64,000 nt of DNA from IMG/VR virus record IMGVR_UViG_3300031994_000020; one strand, 5' to 3'. The DNA is from a virus. Lineage: Duplodnaviria > Caudoviricetes. A program made the translations under genes and the position numbers. Under the pieces are notes generated by a model. That model saw only the letters and a list, made by a program, of their open reading frames with translations, searched no databases and had not been told where the DNA came from. This document shows, in pieces, positions 53,654 to 64,000 of the stretch (the first letter of the stretch is position 1; each line of letters opens with the position of its first letter).

Positions 53654-55273
53654 TTGCGTAATAGAATTAAAGAAAATCATATTAAAGATTTTAGTATGAT
53701 GACACCAAGAGATACTAACCCTAATCAAACTTCTGGTTATCAAGGTATCCCCGCCATTGATTTTAATAAGATTAGGATTGGTGCGAAAACCCTTGATGAT
53801 GCCATTCTTAAATTAGGTGATTTAAAGAAAGCTAATCCAAAATTAGCAGATAAAGGAACTATATTAAAAGCTATAACTAGTTATGATTTACAAACTATGA
53901 GAGAAGCATCTGATTTATTTTATAAAGTAAGTGGTATTTATTCTCGTATTATTAAATATATGGCTTTTATGTATCGCTATGATTGGATGATTACTCCTTT
54001 CGTTAATGATGAATCTGTTAAAAAAGAAAAATTATTAAAAGGTTTTCAAAATGCTTTAAATATATTAGATAATTTTGGAGTAAAGAAAGCTTTTGGAGAA
54101 ATTGCTAAAGAAGTACTTTTACATGGAGCTTATTATGGTTATAAGGTAGATACAAAGGAAGGAATGTGTTTACAAGAACTTCCTGTAAATTATTGTAGAA
54201 GTAGATTTAATCAAGGCAAAAGACCGGCAGTTGAGTTCAATATGAAATTTTTTGATGAACAGTTTAGAGATGCCGCACAGAAGATGAAAGTATTAAAAAT
54301 GTTTCCAGATGAATTTTCAAAAGGTTATATTTTATATAAGCAAAATAAATTACCTCCTGAATTCATGGGTGATACAAGTGGTTAGTATTTATTAGATCCA
54401 AATAAGACTGTTAAATTTAATATTGCGGGAGACGATTATCCTCCATTTATAGCAGTCATTCCTTTATTAATTGATTTGGATGAAGCACAGGCATTAGACA
54501 GAAAGAAAACTTTACAAAGATTATTAAAGATAGTAATTCAGAAGATGCCGTTAGATAAAAATGGTGAATTAATATTTGATGTGGATGAAGCTCAACAGCT
54601 TCATAATAATGCTGTTCAGATGTTAAGTAGAGCAATTGGTGTGGATGTCTTAACTACATTTGCAGATGTTGATGTAGCTAGTATGACCGAAAATCAGGCA
54701 TCTGCGCAGACAGATGATTTAGCAAGAGTTGAAAGACAAGTTTTTAATGAAGCTGGTTTATCTCAGATGCAATTTAATACTGATGGAAACATAGCATTAG
54801 AGAAGTCTATATTAAATGATGAATCAAGTATTTATAATATGATTCTTCAGTTTGAGCAATTTTTAAATGAGCTTATTGAACCATGTAATATGGGTAAGAA
54901 AGCTCAATTTAAAGCACAGATATTAAGCACTACAATTTATAATTATAAAGAGTTATCTAAATTATATAAAGAACAAATGCAAATTGGTTTCTCAAAGATG
55001 TTACCTCAAATTGCACTTGGTCAATCACAAAGTAGTATTCTTGCTAATGCATACTTTGAAAATGATATACTTGATCTGGTTAATGTATTTATACCTCCTT
55101 TAATGAGTTCTACTATGAATGAAAATATTCTTAATAGAGTTAAAGGCGGGAACCCAGGCACTGGGAGTCCATCAACTAACCCTGGTAAGGAACAGGAAGG
55201 CGCCGGCCGCAAGGAATTACCAGATGATCAAAAGTCAACAAAGACTATTCAAAATAGAGAGAGCATGAATTAA
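53654..55273 (+). CDS. Portal protein (TTG start; TAG at 54383)
   Basis: Position between terminase and head genes, ~540 aa, C-terminal 'AGRKELPDDQKS'; SG*YLLDP. Confidence 0.8.
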
Positions 55274-55286
55274 GGAGGATATAGTA

Positions 55287-56636
55287 ATGGCACGAATGAG
55301 TGTTGCAACGATAGATTCTCCGGAGTTTATTAATATTACTTCTATTAATCCTCTTGTTTCTAAATGTGAGATAAAAGTTCTTTATGTTGGAGAGAATAGA
55401 AATAGAAGTTTTATTTCAAAAGAAGTAGCTACTGAAATGGCGCAGACTTTACCTGGATGTCCTATTGTTGGCTACTATATTGAAAATAAAGAAGACTTTG
55501 GAGATCATGGTGACCAAATGATTATTGATGGTGAGGGTATTAAATTTAATAAGCTCACTAAACCTTATGGATTTGTTGCTCCTGATAGTAAAATATAGTT
55601 CCAAAAGTTTGAAGATACTGATGAATTTGGAAATACTGTTATTAGAGATTATTTAATGACAGAAGGGTATATTTAGACTGGACAGTTTGAAGAGTGTCAG
55701 AGAGTTGTCGATAAAGGAAATCCGCAATCTATGGAACTTGATGAAAAAACTTTAAAGGGTCATTGGTCAACTGATAATAATCGTGGCATTGATTTTTTCA
55801 TTATAAATGACGCGATATTTTCTAAGTTATGTATTTTAGGAGAGGACGTTGAACCTTGTTTTGAAGGTGCTTCAGTTTCTGCTCCTCAAGTAAGTTCTCA
55901 TTTTAGTATGGATAATGAATTTACAGCTACTTTATCATCAATGATAAAAGAATTAAAAGAACTTACTTTTGCATTACAAAATAAAGGAGGAAATTCAATG
56001 GACGGTATGGAGAACACAACACCAGTAGTTGAAGAACAAGCTATTGAAGTACCTGCCGCAGAAGAAGTTGCTACAGAAAATTTTTCTGCTGAAGAGGACA
56101 AAGTAAGTTCAGAAACTATAGTTGAAAATCAAAATACAGTAGAAGAGTTCGAAAAGAAAGAAGAACCTGAAGAGGAAAAGAAAGAAGAGTCTGAAGAGAA
56201 AGAAAAAGAAGAAGATGATGAAGAGGAAAAAGAGCCTAAGAAAAATCATTCTTTAGAAGATGAATTTGCTTTAGTAAAAGAAGAACTTGACGAACTCAAG
56301 AATCAGTATTCACTTTTACAGAAAGAAAATGAAGAACTTATTAAGTTTAAGAACTCTGTAGAAGATGAAAAGAAAGATGCTCTTATAAATTCTTTCTATA
56401 TGCTTTCTGATGAAGACAAGAAAGAAGTTATTGAGAATAAATCTAAATATTCTTTAGATGATATTGAAGCTAAACTTTCTGTTATTTGCGTAAGAAAGAG
56501 AGTTAATTTCAATAATGAAGAAGTAAAAACAGAAGAACAGCCTGCTCTTATTTACAATTTTAATGCGGCAGAAGAAGTTGATGCACTTCCTGCATGGTTA
56601 AAGGCTGTTGAAGCTAAACGAAACAATAATAATTAA
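55287..56636 (+). CDS. Prohead protease/scaffold fusion (TAG at 55596 and 55674)
   Basis: 'GENRNRS','PIVG','GYI*T','QSMEL','LCILG..VEPCFEGA', acidic coiled-coil C-terminus. Confidence 0.82.
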
Positions 56637-56649
56637 GGAGGAATATACA

Positions 56650-57345
56650 ATGGCATTTACAAGAGTCGGATATGGTCAAGTAGAGCCTAATCAACTTTCT
56701 GCTCAGAAAACTGGCCAGATTTATGCTAGTCTCCCTCTTGATCCTACTGTTAACGTACTTCAGAATGGTGAATTCATGTATTATGATTATGCCACTGGTA
56801 AAGTAACAGCAGATGATTCAACAGGTGTGGCAGAGCCTATGCTCGTATTCAATGAAATAAAACTTTATGAACCTTTCTGGAGACGTTCTTATAAAGATTT
56901 TGCAATGATTAGAGTTGGTGACAATTATGTTACTTCTGATCTTGCAGTTAATGGACCTATCGAAGGAAAATATGGTGATGGCGCTTTAACAACAGGCGTT
57001 GTTCCTACAGCAAATTACATGGATGATCAGACACCTCCAGTACAGCAAACACTCACCGGTCATACTGAGTATCCTTATCGAATGGATGGTATCGCACCTC
57101 GTCTTTTCAAGACAAATGTAGGTGATATTTATACTACTAATATGGTTAAAGCTGGTGCTAATGTAACTTATGCTGTTGGTGCATTACTTGTACCTGTTAA
57201 AAATACAACTTCAAAGACACTTGTTCTTGAAGAGTTCGTACCTGCTCAGACAGGCGATAAGCCTACTGGTATGGCATGGGTTGTTGTTAAAGTTTACACA
57301 ATGCCTGATGGTCAAGATGCTGTTAAGCTTCAGAGAGTACAATAA
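56650..57345 (+). CDS. Head decoration/cement protein
   Basis: Between scaffold and MCP; 'GYGQVEPNQLS','LQNG'; no TAG. Confidence 0.65.
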   Translation: MAFTRVGYGQVEPNQLSAQKTGQIYASLPLDPTVNVLQNGEFMYYDYATGKVTADDSTGVAEPMLVFNEIKLYEPFWRRSYKDFAMIRVGDNYVTSDLAVNGPIEGKYGDGALTTGVVPTANYMDDQTPPVQQTLTGHTEYPYRMDGIAPRLFKTNVGDIYTTNMVKAGANVTYAVGALLVPVKNTTSKTLVLEEFVPAQTGDKPTGMAWVVVKVYTMPDGQDAVKLQRVQ

Positions 57346-57364
57346 TTAATAGGAGGATAAGAAA

Positions 57365-58396
57365 ATGGCTTTAGAATTTAAAGATGTATTAGCATTAGCT
57401 AAAACCGTAGCCAAGGCTAATTCTTCTGCTCCTACTGCGTACAGCTTTGGAGATAAGAAATATAGCTATAATGAGTTACAGGAAACTTTAAGAGATGAGT
57501 TCAAGGAAATCGCTGGAACTTATTCACTTTATAGAGAAAATAAGAATACTGTATTTGCTCTTTTAGAGCAGACAATTGACGATGTATTACCCGCAAGAGT
57601 TCTTGAACAATATGGTCAGTTCGCTGAAATCAAGACTTTCGCACAGGGTGACAAGCCTATCTTCACACAGAAGATAACAACCGCTTCAAGAAGACGTGCA
57701 AGACAGTTTATCGGAAAAGTTGGTCTTGCTGGTTTATACGAAGTATTCAAGCTTGATGGAACTAGCTACGAAGTAACAACCAATGCAATTGGTGGTGCTG
57801 CGCAGATCGGTTTTGAAGAGTGGATGGATGGTCGTGTAGATTTCGCAGACGTTCTTGATATAGTAATGGAAGGTCTTGATTCTTGCATCTATGTTGAGAT
57901 TGAGAAGCAGTTATTAGGTGCTGTAGGTATTATGCAGGCAGCAAATAAGAGATCTGTAGCTGGTTGGAGTGAGACCGATATGGACGCTTTAATCTCCATC
58001 GCTGATTCTTATGGAAAATCTGCTATTTACTGTACATATGAATTTGCAGCAACTATGGTTCCTGCTCAGGGCTGGGTTTCTGATGAAATGAGAAATCAGA
58101 AGTGGAATAATGGTTATATCGCTAACTATAAGGGTCATACAGTAATTGTTCTTCCTCAGTCATATGAAGATGAAACAAATAAGGTAAAGGTTATCGATCC
58201 TAGTTTCGCATACATTATTCCTGTTGGTGCTGAAAAACCTGTTAAGATTGCATTAGAAGGACAGACAATCGTTGATGAATACACCAATTATGATAGATCA
58301 AGAGAAGTACAGATCTATAAGAAGATCGGTGTAAGAGCTATCTTTTCTAACGCTATCTGTGTATATCAGAACACAACATTAAAACGTGGTATTTGA
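57365..58396 (+). CDS. Major capsid protein
   Basis: 343 aa, position, high-expression codon bias, terminator downstream; no TAG. Confidence 0.8.
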   Translation: MALEFKDVLALAKTVAKANSSAPTAYSFGDKKYSYNELQETLRDEFKEIAGTYSLYRENKNTVFALLEQTIDDVLPARVLEQYGQFAEIKTFAQGDKPIFTQKITTASRRRARQFIGKVGLAGLYEVFKLDGTSYEVTTNAIGGAAQIGFEEWMDGRVDFADVLDIVMEGLDSCIYVEIEKQLLGAVGIMQAANKRSVAGWSETDMDALISIADSYGKSAIYCTYEFAATMVPAQGWVSDEMRNQKWNNGYIANYKGHTVIVLPQSYEDETNKVKVIDPSFAYIIPVGAEKPVKIALEGQTIVDEYTNYDRSREVQIYKKIGVRAIFSNAICVYQNTTLKRGI

Positions 58397-58419
58397 TAAT
58401 TAATTGCTTTAAAATAAAA

Positions 58420-58456
58420 TATGGGGAAGATGGATCAATCTTCCCCAATATTTTTA
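58420..58456 (+). terminator. Intrinsic terminator after MCP
   Basis: GGGGAAGAT-ggatca-ATCTTCCCC then T-rich. Confidence 0.75.
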
Positions 58457-58482
58457 TATAAGAGGTAAAAGGAGATAAGTTT

Positions 58483-59088
58483 ATGAAAGATATAAATAGT
58501 GGTTTAATTTCCGTTAAAAATAGAAATAATGGAACAACAGTTTATAAAATCCCAGATAAAAATATAGTAAGAACTTTTGCTCCAGGTGAAACAAAGCAGA
58601 TTTCTTTAGATGAATTAAAAGAACTTCAGTGGATTCCTGGCGGTGAATATTTACTTAAAAATCTTTTAATTGTTGATAATAAGGTAGCATTAGATGCTCT
58701 TAATATGAAAGTAGAACCAGAATATTTCTATACTGAAGATGATATTAGAAAACTTCTCACAGGTATGGATAATATGGATGAATTTCTTGATTTTCTTGAT
58801 TTTGCAACTGAAGGTGCTATTGATATAGCAAAAGATATTGCTGTAAAGGAAAGAATTCCCGATTCAAGAAAGAGAGAGGCTCTTTCAGCAAAAACTGGTT
58901 TTAATATAGATAGTGCAATAAATATGGACAAACTCTTTGAAGAAGAAGAGAATAAGCCTGAGCCAGAAAAGAAGGAACGCAGAGTAAAGGTGGCAGATGC
59001 TAAAGAAGAAGAAGCTCCTAAGAGAAGAGTTGCTATTTCTGAAAAAAGTGCGGAAACCGCATCTAAGTATAAAATAATTTCTAAATAA
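58483..59088 (+). CDS. hypothetical structural-module protein
   Basis: 201 aa with RBS. Confidence 0.75.
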   Translation: MKDINSGLISVKNRNNGTTVYKIPDKNIVRTFAPGETKQISLDELKELQWIPGGEYLLKNLLIVDNKVALDALNMKVEPEYFYTEDDIRKLLTGMDNMDEFLDFLDFATEGAIDIAKDIAVKERIPDSRKREALSAKTGFNIDSAINMDKLFEEEENKPEPEKKERRVKVADAKEEEAPKRRVAISEKSAETASKYKIISK

Positions 59089-59112
59089 TATTAGAAGAAA
59101 GTGAGGTGCCGA

Positions 59113-59718
59113 ATGAGTAGAATAAAAGCTCCCACCTCATTTGTAACCATATATGATAGTTTCTTTGCAAGAGTAACTGATGATATGTATATGGAGATAA
59201 CTGAACTTGAAACGTTAGAAATGTTACAAGACCTTTTATTAAATGCTATTTCTAGATTTGAATTTCCTAGAGTAGATATATTCGATTATGAAGAAGGTCA
59301 TTAGGAAGATATGGGTACTTATAAAGGCGTTGAAAGTGAAAATAAAAAAGTGCCAGCTACCGGATAGGTAGGTGGCTTTTTTAATTATCTTCTGACTGAT
59401 GAAGAAATTAATATTCTTGCTTTAAATATGGTTATAGAATGGTTAGGACAGCAATTAGATACTACTGAAAATTCAAGAATGAAATATAGTGGTTCTGATT
59501 TTAAATTTACTTCTCAAGCTAATCATATGGCTAAATTAAAAGTTCTTATAGATGCACATAAACAAGATTGTGTTCATTTACAGAGAATTTACAAGAGAAG
59601 AGTATTTACTGAAAATGGTGCCCAATCCACCATGGGTCAGATTGTCTCTCGCCCTGATTATGGAGTAGACAAAATTAATAGAATAGGTTGGTATTCTAAA
59701 CGTGGTATTAAAATATGA
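59113..59718 (+). CDS. Putative head-tail adaptor (TAG at 59302 and 59365)
   Basis: Single frame; 'LTDEEINILA..EWL','SDFKFTSQANH'. Confidence 0.7.
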
Positions 59719-60013
59719 TTTAGAATTTGATAATGATACTATAAAGAAAAGTCTTGATAGAATCACAAATCAAATTTTTAAATTATTACCAAGTAGAGAA
59801 GAAGGCGGCGATTGGTTAACGCCACTTCAAAACTTGATATATGAAATTATTGGTATGAAAGCACTTTGGGTCGATCAAACAAATTTGTTTTCTTTATTAT
59901 GTAAATTAGAAGCCTTATTAACATTAACAGATGAAAATGATTTTCTTATTTTTAGAAAACTTATTTTTGAATGTTTAGGGCTTGTAACTCAAATAAAAAA
60001 ATGTCTGGATTAA
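59702..60013 (+). CDS. hypothetical neck-region protein
   Basis: 'NQIFKLLPSREEG'. Confidence 0.7.
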   Translation: MVLKYDLEFDNDTIKKSLDRITNQIFKLLPSREEGGDWLTPLQNLIYEIIGMKALWVDQTNLFSLLCKLEALLTLTDENDFLIFRKLIFECLGLVTQIKKCLD

Positions 60014-60957
60014 GTAATATGTTATTAAGAGCCGGTTATAAAGGTTATGACAGGGCGGATGATCGTAACGTCACTGGTAAGTTTAAATCTTTTTTAGCTG
60101 CTTTAAAAAATTCATACCAAGCGGAATGGATTACCTTAAATAAAGGTGAAGAAAATGAACAAAGATAGAGATGTTTAATAAATCCTTCCCGCTTAACAGA
60201 GCAATTTGATAAAAAAGTTATTTCAATAGAGTTTGAATCTGGGTTAGAAGAAGGTTCAGTATTTTATTAGGATAGAACCAACAGATATTGGATTGTTAAT
60301 CTTCAACAGCATACAGAGGAAGCTTACTTTAGAGGTACTATAACAAGAGCTGATGGCATTATAGAAGTTGATGACCATCCATATTGGGTTAGTGTGCGCG
60401 GACCTGTTGAAACTGAGACGATATAGAATCAGAAGCATGGTATTACATAGAATGATCTTAATTACTCTATGGTAATTCAAATTGCTAAGGATAGTAGGAC
60501 AGTACCTTATTTTTCAAGGCATAAAGTTATTAAAATGAGATTATCTTATCCTGATGCGGAAACTGGAGAACCTTTAGAAGAATGGCATAATTAGAAAGTG
60601 GTTGCCACTGATAAATATTCTGAAGAGAAAGTTATGCAAGTATATCTTGATGAATAGTATGATAATGAGGCGGAAGATGCCATGATCCCAGAAGAGGAGA
60701 CAGTACCTGATCTTATGGCTCCACATATCGAGGGTCCCGCAGATGCACATGTTTATGATGAAAATTTAGTCTTTTCTATTGTTGGTTTAAACAGTGGAGA
60801 ATTTGTAGTTAACTCTGATAAAGTTAAAATTACAAAAATGACTGATACTTCATGTACTTTAGATATTTTAGCAGGAAAATCTTTCAGTTTTAATTTGTCT
60901 TATAAGACGCAGGATGGAACTACAGTTGATAAAGTAATAACTGTAAAATCATTTTAA
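60001..60957 (+). CDS. Putative head-closure/neck protein (6 TAG: 60166, 60268, 60424, 60448, 60592, 60655)
   Basis: Single frame; R*RCLIN, VFY*DRT, HN*KVVATD. Confidence 0.75.
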
Positions 60958-60983
60958 TTAAAGGAGATACAAGGAGGGATAAT

Positions 60984-61568
60984 ATGAGAGGTTCAAGAAT
61001 GAATGGTTATCAAGGAGAATTCCAATCTTCTTTTCTCTCTTGTGAAAAAGATACAGAGACGATTATAAAGAAGTTATTTGTTGAAAGTCGTCCTTATAGT
61101 GATTTATTAAAAAGATTGCTTTTGATAAATACTAAAGATTGCCTATATGATATGACTAATCCTAAATATATAGATATTATAAAAAATACTTCGGTGCAAG
61201 ATTTACATGATAAAGGTTATGTTAGACTTAGCCCTAAAATTTTATTGGGTGAAAATGAAGAAGTTAAATCTTATATAAGAATTTCTTATGACCATTTTAC
61301 TCCTTCAAGAAATTTACAATTTAGAGATTGTATTGTAGAGATAGATATAATTTGTCATCCTGAATATTGGGATTTGGGCAATTATAGACAAAGGCCTATA
61401 AAGATTGCGGGATTTATTGATGGTATTTTAAATAATAGTAAATTATCTGGAATAGGTACTCTTCAATTTGCGGGATGCAATGAAATCATATTAGATGAAA
61501 ATTTAGCTGGCTATTGTTTAATGTATACAGCTACTCATGGTAGTGATGATATAATTGAGGAGGAGTAA
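60984..61568 (+). CDS. Putative tail terminator/completion protein
   Basis: 'IDIICH..W','RPIKIAGFIDG','GIGTLQF'. Confidence 0.65.
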   Translation: MRGSRMNGYQGEFQSSFLSCEKDTETIIKKLFVESRPYSDLLKRLLLINTKDCLYDMTNPKYIDIIKNTSVQDLHDKGYVRLSPKILLGENEEVKSYIRISYDHFTPSRNLQFRDCIVEIDIICHPEYWDLGNYRQRPIKIAGFIDGILNNSKLSGIGTLQFAGCNEIILDENLAGYCLMYTATHGSDDIIEEE

Positions 61569-61571
61569 TTT

Positions 61572-62306
61572 ATGGAGGTCGATGAATTATTATTACAAAC
61601 TGGTGCGGATATACCTTTTGCCCAGGCGCGGTTAACAATTCATCAACCACTTTTGAAAGAAATTGCTTTTATGGGGGAGAGTAATTTTCATATAGGTAGT
61701 CAATTTTTGTTGTTTGATAAAAATAATTTATCTGACAAGGACAAGGTTGGTTTAGAAAATCAAAGCAATTTTAATATATTTATGTCAGTAATGCATAGTC
61801 ATGAAAAGGCTATACATAAGACATGCGCTTTGATGATTTTAGCTTTACTTTTTCCAGAAGCTAAAATGAAAGTTGAAGCAGATAAAATACTTCTTCAACT
61901 AGAACAATTTTCATCAAGTATAAATGAACAAAATTTTGTGGATTTCCAAAGTATTATAAAGCAAATATTTTGTTTAGGAGATAAAGGAGATTCTAGTAAT
62001 TATGATCCCGCGGATGCGCTTGCCGCACGAATAGCTAATAAGATAAAAAAAGGTAAAGAAAAGTTAGCAGAAAAAAAAGGTATTGATATTACCAAAATTT
62101 CTATTTATAGTAAATATATAAGTATATTAGCGGTGGGATTAAATAAAGATAAAAATGAATTATCTAATTATACTGTTTATCAGTTAATGGATGAATTCGA
62201 GAGATTTCAACGTTATCAAAGTTTTGATATTTATATTAAGGCAAAGATGGCTGGAGCTCAAGACTTAGAAGAAGTAGATAATTGGATGGGTGATTTACAT
62301 TCTTAA
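61572..62306 (+). CDS. hypothetical tail-module protein (chaperone-like)
   Basis: 'IHQP.LKEI','YTVYQL','A.MAGA','W'. Confidence 0.6.
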   Translation: MEVDELLLQTGADIPFAQARLTIHQPLLKEIAFMGESNFHIGSQFLLFDKNNLSDKDKVGLENQSNFNIFMSVMHSHEKAIHKTCALMILALLFPEAKMKVEADKILLQLEQFSSSINEQNFVDFQSIIKQIFCLGDKGDSSNYDPADALAARIANKIKKGKEKLAEKKGIDITKISIYSKYISILAVGLNKDKNELSNYTVYQLMDEFERFQRYQSFDIYIKAKMAGAQDLEEVDNWMGDLHS

Positions 62307-62341
62307 CCAATTTAGCTAAATTTATTAAGGAGGAAAAAATA

Positions 62342-63559
62342 ATGAAGTTTGGTGTTAGAGAAATCGTTGACGTTGTCTTCAAGGCAGCGGATAATATGAG
62401 AATCGGAAACAAAACTTTCAAAAAGTATCAACCTGTATTTATGATTGATACAGCTACAACTTCCTCACTTGAACAAGCAACAACTACCGTATATGCACAA
62501 GGTGGTAAAGGTTATAGCCGTTTAATCGCTTGGGAAGGTGAGAAAACAATGACCTTCACTGTTACTGATGCTCTTATGTCTCCTATGGGACTTGCAGTTT
62601 TAACAGGCGCTGGTCTTATTAATCCTGACAAGACAAATCAGGCTCATGTACATACAACATTAAATGTAGTTACTAATGCAAGTGGTGAAGCTACTGTTTC
62701 TGTAGATGATCTTAATGAAGAATATGGATTAAATGCAGAAGATTATGTAATCTGCAATGCAATAGAAAAGTATGCTACAGAACTTGATGGATCTGGTGCT
62801 GGTATTGAATGGTTTGATAAAGTTTCTATAAAGGATGCTACTGGGGATTATGTTCACATTAGTAAAGCACAGGGTGAAACTCCTAATGCTACATTTGTTA
62901 TTAATGGAGCTGCAAATACCACTGTTCAGCTTGACTTCTATGTAATTATGAATAATAGTGTAACAGAAGTTCAGATTGAGCCAGGTAGCTTTGGTGGATA
63001 TTTCTATGTAGAAGCTCAGACATTATTCAGACGTGAAGATACCGGTAAGGATATGGCTGCAGAACTTATTATTCCTAAAGCTAAGGTACAGTCAGCGTTT
63101 ACATTTACAATGGCTGCATCTGGAGATCCTTCTACATTTGATTTCGTTATGGATGCTATGCCTGGTTACACAAGATTTGATTCTACTAAGAAACAAATGT
63201 GTGTAATTCAGATCGTAGGTGATGACAAGAAAGCTGTTAATGATGTTGGTGCTCATACACATGAGACTCAAACAGAAATAGATTCACCTTCTTGGGAGGA
63301 ATCTCCTGAACCTACAACTTATACAGTTACACAGAACCTTACAAATGTAACAAGTTCTTTCTCAGGCAATTCAGTTAATGCAGGTGCTGCCTTTACTGCA
63401 ACACTTACTGCTGAGACAGGATATACAATGGATGCAGTTACAGTAACAATGGGCGGAACTGATATATCAAGCACCGCTTGGGACGAAACTGCAAGTAAAG
63501 TTACTATCGCAGAAGCAACAGGTAATATAGTTATTACCGCAGCTGCTACTGAGGAATAA
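62342..63559 (+). CDS. Major tail tube protein with C-terminal Ig-like appended domain
   Basis: 'AQGGKG..LIAWEG','FTMAASGDPSTFDF'; C-terminal 'TYTVTQNLTNV..VTVTMGG..GNIVITA'; no TAG. Confidence 0.75.
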   Translation: MKFGVREIVDVVFKAADNMRIGNKTFKKYQPVFMIDTATTSSLEQATTTVYAQGGKGYSRLIAWEGEKTMTFTVTDALMSPMGLAVLTGAGLINPDKTNQAHVHTTLNVVTNASGEATVSVDDLNEEYGLNAEDYVICNAIEKYATELDGSGAGIEWFDKVSIKDATGDYVHISKAQGETPNATFVINGAANTTVQLDFYVIMNNSVTEVQIEPGSFGGYFYVEAQTLFRREDTGKDMAAELIIPKAKVQSAFTFTMAASGDPSTFDFVMDAMPGYTRFDSTKKQMCVIQIVGDDKKAVNDVGAHTHETQTEIDSPSWEESPEPTTYTVTQNLTNVTSSFSGNSVNAGAAFTATLTAETGYTMDAVTVTMGGTDISSTAWDETASKVTIAEATGNIVITAAATEE

Positions 63560-63572
63560 TTATAAAAAATAT

Positions 63573-63606
63573 GATGCGGGAGGCGGAAGTCTCCCGCATT
63601 TTTTGT
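63573..63606 (+). terminator. Intrinsic terminator
   Basis: ATGCGGGAGGC-ggaa-GTCTCCCGCAT-TTTT. Confidence 0.8.
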
Positions 63607-63629
63607 TTATATGAAAAGAGGTGAGATTC

Positions 63630-64000
63630 ATGGACCTTGTTATTGATATATATTCAATAGATGCAAATTCAATAAATATAAATGATGTAACTTTAAAAGA
63701 ATTAATGAATAGATTAGAAAATAATATAGCAGAAGAATCAATTCCTTTTTTAAAAATGGATTGGCAATATTTAAGAATTGCCGCTGCTAATTTTTTAGGA
63801 GGAGAAAGAAGATTAGATAATTTAAATAAAGTAAATGATTTTTCTAAATTAAAAAGAATGTTATATAATACTGATCCAGAAAAAGGAACTGTTTTTTCTA
63901 AATATGCTAATATAAGGCAAAAAACTGATGAGCAAATAATTTTACAATCAAAATATTTATTAGCGAGAGAATTTGAAAAATATTTAGATTCATATAGAGG
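63630..64000 (+). CDS. hypothetical protein, 3' truncated by window edge
   Basis: GAGGTG RBS, open to end of window. Confidence 0.6.
   Translation, partial: MDLVIDIYSIDANSININDVTLKELMNRLENNIAEESIPFLKMDWQYLRIAAANFLGGERRLDNLNKVNDFSKLKRMLYNTDPEKGTVFSKYANIRQKTDEQIILQSKYLLAREFEKYLDSYR

Noticed and set aside
49096-60957. Late genes as pseudogenes or TGG->TAG hypermutation
   Set aside because: Only TAG interrupts frames (no internal TGA/TAA, no frameshifts), high-copy genes are untouched, and a cognate CUA tRNA is present
49096-60957. TAG->Gln (code 15) recoding
   Set aside because: Contexts such as IPY*, TTAG*KN and G*YLL favour Trp, and the suppressor derives from tRNA-Trp, not tRNA-Gln (6050-6121); alignment is still needed for proof

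Overview
AT-rich segment of a large tailed phage, most likely infecting Clostridia/Lachnospiraceae (sigma-A promoters, AGGAGG RBSs, a clostridial-type fliD). Layout: 1-820, the 3' part of a flagellar cap gene (fliD). 0.9-17.4 kb (- strand), a Ro60/TROVE-like vWA gene, 19 tRNAs, a tmRNA, many tRNA-like or structured ncRNAs, and virion-accessory, glycosyltransferase and cell-wall hydrolase genes. 17.5-48.9 kb, small early/accessory genes (mostly -) with dense sigma-A promoters, a further isolated tRNA-Lys, a repeated divergent-promoter/GC-hairpin module and an iteron-flanked wHTH Rep-like gene at 30.6-31.8 kb. 49.1-64 kb (+), the packaging/head/tail operon. Main result: the phage appears to use an alternative genetic code with TAG read as tryptophan. 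By my count, 42 in-frame TAGs, with no frameshifts or internal TAA/TGA, interrupt 14 otherwise intact genes (terminase, portal, protease, neck, SleB hydrolase, an LRR protein), many at Trp-type motifs (TTAG*KN, IPY*, G*YLLDP, KI*FQKF, GYI*TGQ). A CUA-anticodon tRNA with an extra-long variable arm lies directly next to, and is clearly paralogous with, tRNA-Trp(CCA). The phage recodings I know of are TAG->Gln and TGA->Trp. A second candidate new system is a family of 8-9 small RNAs sharing a terminal stem plus a CAGCAA motif, some carrying permuted tRNA domains or anticodon stem-loops, alongside the Ro60-like protein. A tRNA-Thr is also split by a ribozyme-less insertion encoding an endonuclease. 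All calls were made by eye without database searches.
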